Below are positions 35,045 to 47,917 of a stretch of 64,000 nt of DNA, in pieces. The notes beneath the pieces are model-generated. The model was not told where the DNA came from and ran no database searches. It worked only from the letters and a program-made list of their open reading frames with translations. The position numbers and the translations under genes are program-made. Positions within the stretch are counted from its first letter, which is position 1, and each line of letters opens with the position of its first letter. Location of the stretch: contig AP026131.1 of assembly GCA_030295235.1 (NCBI GenBank), positions 372,001 to 436,000 on the forward strand. Direction: 5' to 3'. Source of the DNA: Fistulifera solaris. Lineage: Eukaryota.

Positions 35045-36730
35045 ATGGCGGATTGGTACAAGTCATCCGATTCGTCTTCCGGTCCTACGAACGACAACGA
35101 TCTGCCGTTCCATTCGCGTCGCTCGCCTGTTTTATGTCAAAAGTTTTGTGTCGCCAGCAGTCAACCTTTAGCGAGCAGTATCGGCTTTCAATTCCTGCAC
35201 GAAGGAGCGAATGCCGCCGAAGCCGCCATTGCCGTCGCGGCGGCCTTGGCCGTCACCGAACCGTGTTCCACGGGTTTGGGCGGTGACATGTTTTGTTTGT
35301 ATTATAGTCAAAATAAAGTCACGGCCATCAATGGGAGTGGCTGTAGTCCGGTCCTGCTGACGTTGGATCGCGTTCTTAACCATCATTCGACGGAAGAAAC
35401 CTTTCGAGATTCGGCTCTCAGTGTGACGGTTCCGGGTGCGGCACGGGGATGGGAAGATTTATTACAACGGCATGGCTCAGGAAACTACTCGCTGGCTCAA
35501 CTATTAGAGCCCGCTGCTCAGTTGGCGGAAAATGGCTTTCCCGTGAGTCCGATTACTTCGCATCACTGGAGATCGGGCATTTCGCAAATAGCCAAATGGG
35601 TTCCAGATGGAGAAGCGGTGCCTCTGACTGTTGATGGTGTCCGGGGACCGCAACCAGGGGAAATCATACGCAATCTGGACTTGGCCCGGGTTCTCCGAGA
35701 TTTAGGTGAAAAAGGTTCTCAGAATGGTTTTTATGCGGGTGAAACGGGCTCCGCTATAGTGGATGCAGTAAATCAACATGGGGGTTGCTTTACTCTGGAG
35801 GATTTAGCGGATCATGCTTCACTCTTTCCGGATCCTATCTGCGCCGAATATCGTAACATTCGTTTATGGCAAGTACCACCCAACGGGCAAGGTGTAGCTG
35901 GGTTGATTGCTTTGGCGGGTCTTCAGCATTTGGAGCAAGGAGGACACATTGCCCCCTTGTCTAATCCAGGATCGGAGGATTGGTATCATGCTCTGATTGA
36001 AATGATGCGTCTGGGTTTTGCGGATGCCCGAGCTCACATTGCCTGTCCATCAAAATGCAATTCATTTTCGTTGCTTGACTCGGAGCGGATTGGAAATCGA
36101 GCACAAAAACTTTTTGATCCTTCCAAGGCAAATATTGCGGGATTGCCGGACACTAGCAGTTGCACGGTTAGTTTTCAAGTAGTCGACGCGTACGGTGACG
36201 CCATTTCGTTTGTTCAGAGCAATTACATGGGCTTTGGAACGGGAATCGTTCCGAAGGGGTGTGGATTTACATTGCAGAATCGCGGTTTCGGGTTCTCACT
36301 CGATGCCGATCATCCCAACGTTATTGCTCCCCGTAAACGACCTTACCACACCATCATCCCCGGAATATTGACGCACGCCGACTCGAATGAGCTATATGCC
36401 ACTTTGTCGAATATGGGAGGTTACATGCAACCTCAAGGACACTTGCAGCTCACTCTGAATATGGTAGCTGGTGGATTGGATCCGCAAGCTGCCATTGATA
36501 TGCCACGTTTTTGTATAGCGGATGGAACTCAATACGGCGTAGTGCAGATGGAGACGGGTATAGATTCCGAGGTGCTCAAGAAACTAAAAGCAAAGGGCCA
36601 CCAAATAAAGGAGAACGTGGTGGGACATGATCGCAGTGTATTCGGTCGGGCTCAAATCATTCAGAAGCGCTCTGGAGTACTTTGGGCGGGTTCGGACGGT
36701 CGCGCCGATGGGTGTGCGATGGGATTCTAA
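35045..36730 (+). CDS. GGT: Gamma-glutamyltranspeptidase family protein
   Basis: EPCSTGLGGD, VTVPG, PPNGQG, nucleophilic Thr in CTVSF, LQNRG, KRPYHTIIP, GGYMQPQGH and SDGRADG. Confidence 0.95.
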   Translation: MADWYKSSDSSSGPTNDNDLPFHSRRSPVLCQKFCVASSQPLASSIGFQFLHEGANAAEAAIAVAAALAVTEPCSTGLGGDMFCLYYSQNKVTAINGSGCSPVLLTLDRVLNHHSTEETFRDSALSVTVPGAARGWEDLLQRHGSGNYSLAQLLEPAAQLAENGFPVSPITSHHWRSGISQIAKWVPDGEAVPLTVDGVRGPQPGEIIRNLDLARVLRDLGEKGSQNGFYAGETGSAIVDAVNQHGGCFTLEDLADHASLFPDPICAEYRNIRLWQVPPNGQGVAGLIALAGLQHLEQGGHIAPLSNPGSEDWYHALIEMMRLGFADARAHIACPSKCNSFSLLDSERIGNRAQKLFDPSKANIAGLPDTSSCTVSFQVVDAYGDAISFVQSNYMGFGTGIVPKGCGFTLQNRGFGFSLDADHPNVIAPRKRPYHTIIPGILTHADSNELYATLSNMGGYMQPQGHLQLTLNMVAGGLDPQAAIDMPRFCIADGTQYGVVQMETGIDSEVLKKLKAKGHQIKENVVGHDRSVFGRAQIIQKRSGVLWAGSDGRADGCAMGF

Positions 36731-37519
36731 AAAGTCGGCTCGATGTAAGAGCAGAGCATTCATGTCTTTTGCTGAATGGCGACAATGTTATCCCTTTCAA
36801 GCGCACAGTGCAGTAAAGACTTATCATCGATCGACATGTATTTCGTGCAAGTTTATCAGTTGTACGTGCTGATACGTTTGAACGTGATATATTCGCCAAG
36901 GATTTTGGATTTTTCAAACGGTCTAGGTTAGGACGATGTCTATGTCTGTGGGTGTGGGTGTTTCTTCTCAAATGTGTTTCCCAATTCTGGTAGACTGTCT
37001 ATTTTTTAACAAGTTGGGATTAGGATCAGGAGCTTCCATGTAAGATGCCTTTACTTGATTATACTTGGAGCGTGGAGCCTTATGAATTTTGCACCTTTTC
37101 GCTACGGACTACGGAACCTCTTGTTTCAGTTGCTAAGGCTACCGACAACGGACGGGCCTATAGCGTAGAAACTCTACTTTGATGATGAAACGAAAGACGA
37201 ACCAGGAGGAACCAAGAACAAGCAAGATTTCGTATTGGATTTCGTGGGATCGACGGTGATTGTACATAAAGTCCGAGTGTCATAAGTGTTAACCGGACTA
37301 GCTGTACTCTCCAAAGTTACAGTCAGCTCTTTTCCTTCAGTTCACACCGAGAAAAGATGTAGGACGTAGAATTTCACGTGGTTTATGTACCACAAACCAA
37401 AAACTGCACAGGCGACCGATAATCTGCATTTCATTTCATTCGATCGGCAACACCACTAACTGAGCTATTGCTCTTGTGTTAACGTTACTTGTCTTCTTTC
37501 TCCTTAAGAACTTTGTTCA

Positions 37520-39602
37520 ATGATTCTTTCAACTCTTTTAGTTGTTTTCTGCGCCGTGGCTGCGGACGCCTCCAAGGTTTCGGCGTTTCATCCTCTCCAT
37601 TTGTCATTGAGGCAGCTGGTGAATCAGCAGGAGTTCGAGCTCATTCGCGAAGATTTCCTTCAAGCTCTTACTCAAGATGGTATGCTAACGATTCGTGGCA
37701 TTCCCGACCTCTACAAGCAAGATGTTCTTCAAGCAATGCAGCCGTGCATCAACAAGGCCAAGGCAACTCAAGAGGCTACTCTTCGCGATGGTACGCGTCG
37801 TCGTACTTTGGCAACGCACACCTCGCCGGATGACAGCAGTGCCGAAGGACTAAGAAAGGCCAGCGTTCTTCCTGGAGACGAAGTCCATTGTCAAGATTTT
37901 GTTGACGCCTCGGAGCGATTCCGCGCTGCAGCCGGCATCGCAACGAACGCGTTCGCTTCCCGGCTTGCGTCTGTACTTCGTGAGGGACAGGATGAGGCTG
38001 GTGATCGCCCTCTTCTTGTTGCTTGCAATGGACATGCCTTTCATGATTTTTTTGGATGTTGTGAAGAATGGCAATCACCTTGAACACTTTCATTCGTATC
38101 ATACTCCAGTTAGTCCTTCATCTCCATCTAACTTTGGGAAGACTACAGATGAAACAATTGAATGGCACGTGGATCAAGGTCTCTTTATCGTGTTCACCCC
38201 TGGTACTCTCGTTCGTGACGATCCATCTTCGGCAGCAGGCAGTACCATTCAGGGATTGACGGATGGCTTTTACGTTCGATTGAGCGATGGAAGCACGGCC
38301 GAAGTCGAGTTCTCTAATGAGGATGATTTGGTCATCCTGTTGGGTGATGGTTTTAACCAATACATTAATCCTCACTATCAGGACAAAAATGCTCCCTTAC
38401 TCCGTGCTGCCCCTCATGCACTCTCCATGATCCCTCATCAAGCCGATGAGTCTCGCGTTTGGTACGGTCGCATGGTCCTTCCGCCTACAAACGCAGTTCA
38501 CCCTGTCCATGATGAGACGTTTGGACGCCTGAGGGATATGTTGGTTGACAAGAGCATGCCGGAAGATGAGGTCGTTGCTCTTGCTTGTTCTTCTTCGGCA
38601 CAAGCCCGTGAGCTGCAAACTACTACTTGTGAAGAAGGAACTTTGTTGTGCTGGCATGAATGCATGAGTCTTGAAGAACATGGAGTCAGCGAAGACATAT
38701 GTGCTCAACAGGGACTGGACCTTTGGTGCATTAATCCTCGGGGTCAACTATGGGATTTCAAGCACGGGGACTTCTTTCCAGGTTGCATTGATGCCGCCAA
38801 TGCTGAGAATGCGACGGAATTTCCCCGCCTTCCAAATTATCCTCGTGATAACGTAACAACATGTACTGCCGAGACGTTTCAAAGTTTCCTTCAAGACAAT
38901 CAGGAATCCGCCTATGAACACTCCGTAGATCTTGATGGCGTAGCCGTATTTGAGTGGACAGTCATGGAGAACAACATCATCCGTGGCCGTTTGGCATACA
39001 ATGGCTTGTTCGGTTATTTGGCTTTAGGCTATCCCTCTGTTGGAGGCGACAAGAATGGAATGCACGGAGCCGAGATCATCATGGCAATCCCAGGTGGAAA
39101 CTATGATGCCGCTATCGGTTTCGATCTCAACATGCAGCCTAGTATCAATGAATATGTCATCGATCCGGAAAAATCCGCGTTCCGCTTCTGGGATACGCCC
39201 GTTTCTATGACTGATAATAATGTCAGTGAATCTTCGGCTAGAAATAATGGTTTGGGCGAGGGTTACGCGGTTGCCTACGACGATTGTTTTACTGCAATCA
39301 CCTTTGAAACAACGGGCTTCCATGGCAAGCCTTTTAACGTAAGTGGAAGTGATCATTTCATTTGGTCCGCTAATGGAGAGGATTATTTCGCTGCGTACCA
39401 TACCCACCGGGGACATCTTTATGTGAACTGGCTCGCTGGTGAAGCAAGTGATCATGACCATGCTGATGATGGTGGTCATGATGACGAACCGTCTCCGGCC
39501 GTGCCACCTGCTTCAACACCTGTCGCTTCTAGCGCTTCCATCGCAAATCTTGCCAGGGCAACATCGTTCGCTATCGGGGCGATGGTCTTCTTGTTCAATT
39601 AG
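37520..39602 (+). CDS. Secreted/GPI-anchored 2OG-Fe(II) oxygenase-like plus Cys-rich plus DOMON fusion protein; +1 T at ~38047-38053
   Basis: Signal peptide; WHVDQG...APHAL (HxD..H); LCWHECM module; DOMON-like FEW..LALG..GMHGAEI..YHTHRG; His/Asp linker; hydrophobic GPI-type tail. Confidence 0.7.
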
Positions 39603-39841
39603 ACGAAATCGGCGGTTGTTGACTAAGATGGACCCATAACTTAGTTAATGAACTAGTTCTAAAGAAATGTGGAACAGTGGAATGTTGTTGATTCTAAGCC
39701 TATGGTCATGATTTTATTGTTACTAGTAGCACGAGATGCAGGAAAATCAATCGTACGAGCATTACTCTGCAAGTATCGACCGGTATACTAGCTTAAACTT
39801 ATAACGAATGTTTTTCCTCTGATAACTTCCGAAACAGATTT

Positions 39842-42233
39842 TTATCCTTGTTCTGAAGGATTCGCTAATGCCTCTCCGTCCTTCGTCAAATCTTGCAGCT
39901 TAATTAGCCCAATAACTGTCTCCGGATTGATACCCACCGAATGAACCTGTTTTACAAACGCCTGACAATCAAGATAGAGTTGCAGTTTAACCTTTTCACC
40001 ATCACTCATCCCCCCAGCAGTGGTCAATCGGGAAGCTCGACGATTACGCTGCAAAGCAACCTCCGTGCGAGCTACCGTGGTTAGAAGCTCATCAACAGCC
40101 GTTGCATAACGATCCGCCACTTGTACCACAATTTGTTGTTTCCACCTGAATCCAACCGTGGACGGCGTGCGATTTGCCTCTGAGAATTCTTGTAGCGGGC
40201 GTAGTATTTGGTCGCAAAAATGGGAAGGCTGCGTAGGCGGGGGTCGATTTGTCATGCGATATGTAGCTGCAACTCCCTTGACAAGAGCAAGAGGGGTGCA
40301 GCATTTTTCAGTCAGAATCTTGACGATGACTGCATTCCATGCGGTATCAAGAAGCGGCAAAATCTGATCAGCGGCTTCACTTAAAACATCCTTCACCAGC
40401 TCAGACAGTTCAGGAGAAGCGTCAAGAGATTTACAGATGATCGATGAGTATTCATCGCGTAGAAAGCCTTCCAGAACCGACAGCTCCCACGTAACAGCCG
40501 CTACATTTTCTTCACTGTCTGCCCAGCAATAAGTATGGCTGCCTACTTCCTCGATGGCGTCAGGAGTCTCGTTTCCTTCTATCTCGCGTGAAGGCTCCTG
40601 CCCAAATCGGACTTTGCCGTCCATCCCCTCTTGAATGAAATGCGTCATACGTCCGACAAGTTGCAGAGCTCCACGTAAAAATCGGTTTGTCAACGGTGGC
40701 AGTAAGACATCAGGACGCCAAAGGAATAGCAAGATATCGTTGAGCTCCTGAAAGAGGGATAATTCAAACTTTGAAAGCGCTTCGGTCTCTCCGCTGTACA
40801 CTTGCGCGACCCAACCATCTTTTGTCGTCGTCTCTATGGCGATGTTAAGCCTTTTGAACATTCGCCGAAACGCAGCTGATAGTAAATAGGCAAATTCCAC
40901 TTCTTGGAAAATTCGGCCGTTTTAGGATGCTCGAAAATCCGTTGCTGGGCTGACGTGACAATTTCTGGTTTTGTTTCTCTCAGTAAATTGACCGCTAGAC
41001 TATTTAAAAACGTATCCAACGCCAAATAGTTTGTCTGTAAAATCTTCGCAATCCCTGGAGAAAAGATCGCCATTCGGATAGCGGAATCGGTCATTAACGT
41101 TGTCGCCAAAGGCACCCAAATGCCTCGGGTGAGTAAATCGATACCAGCGGTCAAAAGATAATCCATTTGAAGAAAGTCGCCAAATCGTTGTGCTAACGTG
41201 TTGGAAAGGTCGTGAAGCAATGAAGTCAATCCAGCACATTCTCCTCGAGCACCACCCTGATCCAGACGTCCCATCGATATATGCTCTCGAATCAAAGGCA
41301 TGATGCTGGTACGTGCAAAGACAGATTCCGCATCCGTCGCACGTCCTACGAGAGACAGGCCACGAACAGCATGGCCAAATCGAAGCAAAAGTATTTCCTT
41401 CTCATTTGCTCCGAGGTTTTGTTGAGTCCACTGTAGTAGAAGTCTCTCAAGTTCTGCGGCCAGACACTGGGATACATCAGCCTCGAGACGACGGATGCGG
41501 GGCGCAAGCTGTAGAAAGAACTGCGCCCGTTCGGTGTCTGGTGGTAAGGATGCATTGATGTTGTTCAAAGCCGTTTCATCTGCAATGTCGGTGATGTCAT
41601 CTTGAGACTGCTGTAGTTCCATGGTAAGACTTTGAGCAATATGAGCGGCTCGTTCGAGTGATAAGGCATGATCCAAGGCGTCTGAAAGAATAATAAACGG
41701 TTGTAAGACACAATTTCAAATATTCGGGTTTGAAGGGGAGATAAATGGCGACTTACCATCCAACGCGTTGTTGTCGGCATCGTTGGCGCTACCTTCTTCG
41801 TCATCACCTGACGCTCTGCTCTCGGCTACAGGTACGCTTCCGTGCTTTCTCTTTGCAAATCCAGTTGCACAATTTTCTCTGCCGCCAGTAAATCTTCGTA
41901 CGAATCAGCGCACTCTTGAGCGTGGATCACGCGTCTCTGATGCTTCTTAATCACCAAGGCACGTTCACAAATACTATTCAGCTTGGACGACAAGTTTCCT
42001 TCTGCTTGCTCCACACCTTGAAGCAATGGGTGCAGTTGCGTCAACAGAAAGTGCAGATCAGTGGGAAGAGTGCTCAAACTGCTTCCCATGTGCAGTAGAT
42101 TCTGTCCAGACTGCGAGCTGGCGAGCTTTTGCGTCAAAATTTGGCCATGCTGGTCCGCTTGATCTTTCAGTTGTTGATATTTGTGCTGCAGCGCCGCCGT
42201 CGACAAATTGGAAGGGATATCAATTGTAGCCAT
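39842..42233 (-). CDS. COG2: Conserved oligomeric Golgi complex subunit 2; intron ~41683-41756 and frameshifts
   Basis: IFSPG, KWNLPIYYQLRF, YRMTNRPPPTQPS and MSDGEKVKLQLYLD are COG2 motifs. Confidence 0.85.
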
Positions 42234-42448
42234 GTTATTGTTATTTATATCAGATTATTAGAATGATAATGACAAATGACTATACAAGTAGGCTATAAAT
42301 ACGTCGCGTCGTTGCGATCGTCTTCGTATAAAGCGCGTTGTAATAATAACTGCGGACGCACAATGAGCACGGTCTCCTGAACACACTAACCTTACTGTAA
42401 TTTGTGTTGAATATTTCTTACTTTTTCTTGTTTCTTCCAAATAGCTAG

Positions 42449-42503
42449 ACTATGATCCAAAGTGTAGATTACTTTTTTTCGCGTGACTGCCTTTCAGTCA
42501 TGA
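42449..42503 (+). promoter_or_regulatory. Bipartite motif copy 4
   Basis: ACTATGATCCAAAGTGT..CGTGACTGCCTTTCAGTCATGA between the divergent COG2 and IPK genes. Confidence 0.55.
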
Positions 42504-42988
42504 GCCACGATGCCTGATCTGATCGCGCTGTTCGTTCCTTTCCGCTTTCCGCTTGAACTCACCTTTGCGCTGTCGTTTCTCGCAAGAATGACTTTCTCTG
42601 CCTGTTTATCCGCCTTCAAAGTTTCAGTAACAGCCATTTATCGATGTATCGTGGTTGATGGTCGCACAGCTCGTACTTTGTGTACGAGCTCTGTCTGTGC
42701 ATCATCCGTAACCGTAACTAGTTTCCCTTTGGTACGTACAGTACTACGTTGCGGCACCCAAGACTACAGAATGAAGCATACTTCGTCCTCCCATGAAAAA
42801 GTCGCATGACGATGCGCATGTTTTTTTACTCGAAGCCTTTCATGGCGATGCAACTAATTGCGTTTGTGAAAGAGAAAACAATAGTAAAGCGTGTTGCTGG
42901 CTGCTCTTCCGCTAGTCGATCAAGTCAACTCTTCTGTAGCGAAATATTGCGCTGCTTTTTGATAGCTGACTCGAGTACTTTCCTTATA

Positions 42989-44444
42989 ATGCGAGTTCAA
43001 CGCACCGCAACGATTGTTGTCGTTGCGTCATCGGGCGCATACCTTACTTGGAGGCTACTGCAATGGCGTGCTCGCAAGCGGACCCGGAAAAGTGTGGAGC
43101 GAGTAAAAAGCTTGTTGAGAGAAGGACCACTGGTACGTTTTGAGTTTTACTTTTGTTGGCATGAAAGTTGAAATGCCGACGCTCATTTGTTGCATATGCT
43201 ATTCACCTCCTCTATGCTTTTAATATAGCTGGATATCGATGATCCCAATGTGCAGAGTAGGGTTATAAATACGGCTATTAAACGCGCGTCAAAATGGATG
43301 CAGTTACGGGAATCGGCGCAGCAGATGACTGGTCAAGTCGGAGGAATAAGTGCCAACAAGAAGCCTCTTCTGAGTTTGAAGCCAGATTACGTGCTCAAAC
43401 CACTTTACACCGACCACCGCGGGCTCCGCGAACTGATCTTCTACGAGGCAATGGTAGCCGCCTCTCGCACTACACAGCACTATGCTGCATTTTTACGACC
43501 GAAAACCGAAGAAACAAGCAGGATGGCCTGGATCGATACCCTAGCCGTTGCCTTGAGTATCTTATGGCAAGATCCTGTTGTGATGGAACAAGAAGCTAAA
43601 CTAAAAGAAGCTTGGAGGAAGGTCAAAAAAGAAGCGGATGCACTAGATAAGTTATCCAAGTTTACTGCTTCCTATTACGGCGTAATTGGACAAAAGAGGT
43701 TCGATTCAAAATTCGAGTTTGGTATTCACGAAGATGCCCACCTTTTGTTGCAAGATATCACAAGCAATTTCGTCAAGCCATGCGTTATTGATTTGAAAAT
43801 GGGCTCGCAGTCTTACGAACCCGATGCGACGGTTGAGAAGAGAACCCGTGAGTATTCCAAGTATCCTCAGCAGGCTTTGTTCGGCTTCCGGATAGTTGGC
43901 ATGAGGTATCATGAACCATCGCACCCGGACGCCGATGAATTTGGCTTTGTGCTTGTGGGTAAAGAGTATGGTCGAACGTTAACAACAAGAGATCAACTAC
44001 TCGAAGCTTTTCGAATATTTTTCACAGCTGGGATGAGATCAAGGCCAAATCCGCACGACTCATCTGCTAACCTTCTGGAATTGGCCGAATCCCCTGTTGA
44101 GGATCGCAAAATTCGCACCAAAACGATAGCGAATCTGCTGCAATTATTGCGCGGCTTACGACGCTGGTTTGACGAGAATGAATCGACTTTTCGATTTTTT
44201 TGCTAGTTCCGTGTTGCTTGTCTTTGAGGGAGATCTCACGAAGACGAAAGGGAGCGATCTCGGCCGAGCGTCATTAAAAATGATCGACTTTGGCCGGGTC
44301 CGTCGTGCTGACGCTGCCACTGACGAATCGAAATCGGACGAAGGCTATCGAAAAGGTTTACGAACGCTGCATGGTCTGTTACTAGATTTACTCGACGAGG
44401 ACAAAGAGAAAAGCGGGCCAACACTAGAATCTAACGGAAGATAG
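42989..44444 (+). CDS. Inositol polyphosphate kinase (IPK/IPMK family); intron ~43133-43229, frameshift ~44200
   Basis: QVGG, PCVIDLKMG, GFRIVGM, SSVL and MIDFG motifs. Confidence 0.9.
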
Positions 44445-44503
44445 CATAGATTTGTTAAAGATCGCTCACATTGGACTGTCTACAATTCGTCTGAACAACC
44501 GGG

Positions 44504-46251
<1,748 letters not shown>

Positions 46252-46794
46252 GATTCTAATAATGTAAAAGAGAGAGAAAATGAACAGTATGTCGTTTCAA
46301 ATCACCTCACGAAAAGATGTTTTTGCCAACAATGCACGCAACCTTTCTTCTCGAAGCAAATGAAGTCGAACGTATTCTTCGCTTCCAGGCCTGCAACGCG
46401 GTGCGATAAGGATGTGGATAGTGTATCCCACCGCGATACAGTACACTTTGGCTTATAGATAAATATTATGATGACGTGGAAATCGTTCTCGAGAGAGGAT
46501 AGTGAATCGTATTCCTTCAATCGACGCTCTCTAGAGAGACTCTCTTCAAGACTAGACCCTAGATCGTAACATTCATCTTCGTTTTTAGTTAATTTCTCAT
46601 TTTAACAAGGAATTGATTCGGGAAACGTACTAAAGTAGGCCACTTTTTTAATCTGCAGTAGTAAACTTGCAAACATTACGAGGACTGAATGAAGATCTTT
46701 TGAAAGAGCAATCGTATGTTGTGGGCAGTGCAATAAGTATTCTCTACAGTAGTTTTTCTTTCCTAAGCAGCAATTGATTTGTTGAACGCCGATC

Positions 46795-47249
46795 TTACAC
46801 GTTGAAAGATTCACCGCAACCACAAGAACCCTTCGAATTTGGATTGTTGAACGTAAACTCGCTACTCATTTCCGTATCCTCCCAATCCATTGTGGTGCCT
46901 ACCACATTAAACAGAGCCATGGGTTCAATAAAGACGTTAAGACCGTGCGATTCAACTTTGAGATCTTTGGGATTTTCTTCGAAAGCATAATTCAAAGTAT
47001 ACGACAGACCATTACATCCTCGTCGTTTTACGCCGAGTCGGATTCCAATGGCTCCTTTGGCATTATCACCATTTAAAAGTTCTCGAATACGGTCTGCAGC
47101 AGAGTCTGTCAAAATAATGGGGTCTTTATCACGTATTTGTCGGCGGCGCGGGGGCTGTTAACAGTAGCGGCTGAACTGGAAAAACGACAGCTTGCTGCTA
47201 TGGGACTTGCTCGCGTCAGGTGGCGAGCAGTACGAACGAGCGACAGCAT
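46795..47249 (-). CDS. ISCA1: Mitochondrial A-type Fe-S assembly protein IscA1; frameshift near 47140
   Basis: RRGCNGLSY and NPNSKGSCGCGESF motifs plus a presequence. Confidence 0.92.
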
Positions 47250-47917
47250 TAGTAAATTGCTTCTTTTTCTTGCAAAGAGTGAATCAATGATAAAGAGAAA
47301 AGTATCGTTTGTACTTGTATTATTTGTAACTGCGATAATAATGCGCTCGTGTTTTCGAGAGTGTTCCGCCGTTCCGCCTTTGGTCGTCGCTTTCGTCATC
47401 CTCGTGACATGCTATCAAAAAGACGTTTGCCAGTGCGACCTACAGAGTCATAATTGGAAACGTACTATACTCCAAACAGTAGCGGAAGATGGCACCATTC
47501 ATTGCAGAATTTGGAAGAAACGTCTTTGTCTAACGGTACTGCCTTAATAGTAAAAGAGTAGTCTTGACAGAAATTGGACATTGGGCTGCTCCGCGCTCCG
47601 CCACAGCATGTTTTCCCCTTTGTTGTTGTTATTGTTGCCTCAGGTGGAGGCCATGACCTGCAGTCTATCGATTGATAAAGTGAAGCAGCAACCTCAATCA
47701 TCCAATTATTTTCTAGCTTAGTAGCCGTTTCAGCAGCTTTTGAAGTCGTCAAGCGAGCTTTCCCTGTCACGCGACCAGAGATAGACAACAAACTATCGCA
47801 ACACTCCGAGCCCCAGAACCGTCGCTCGACTATCATTATCTCCTCAGTAGCTATCTGTAAGACACGCCGTCTCCGATTCTAGCTTTCGCTGATTTTTGAC
47901 GAGAAGGTCTGCATATC

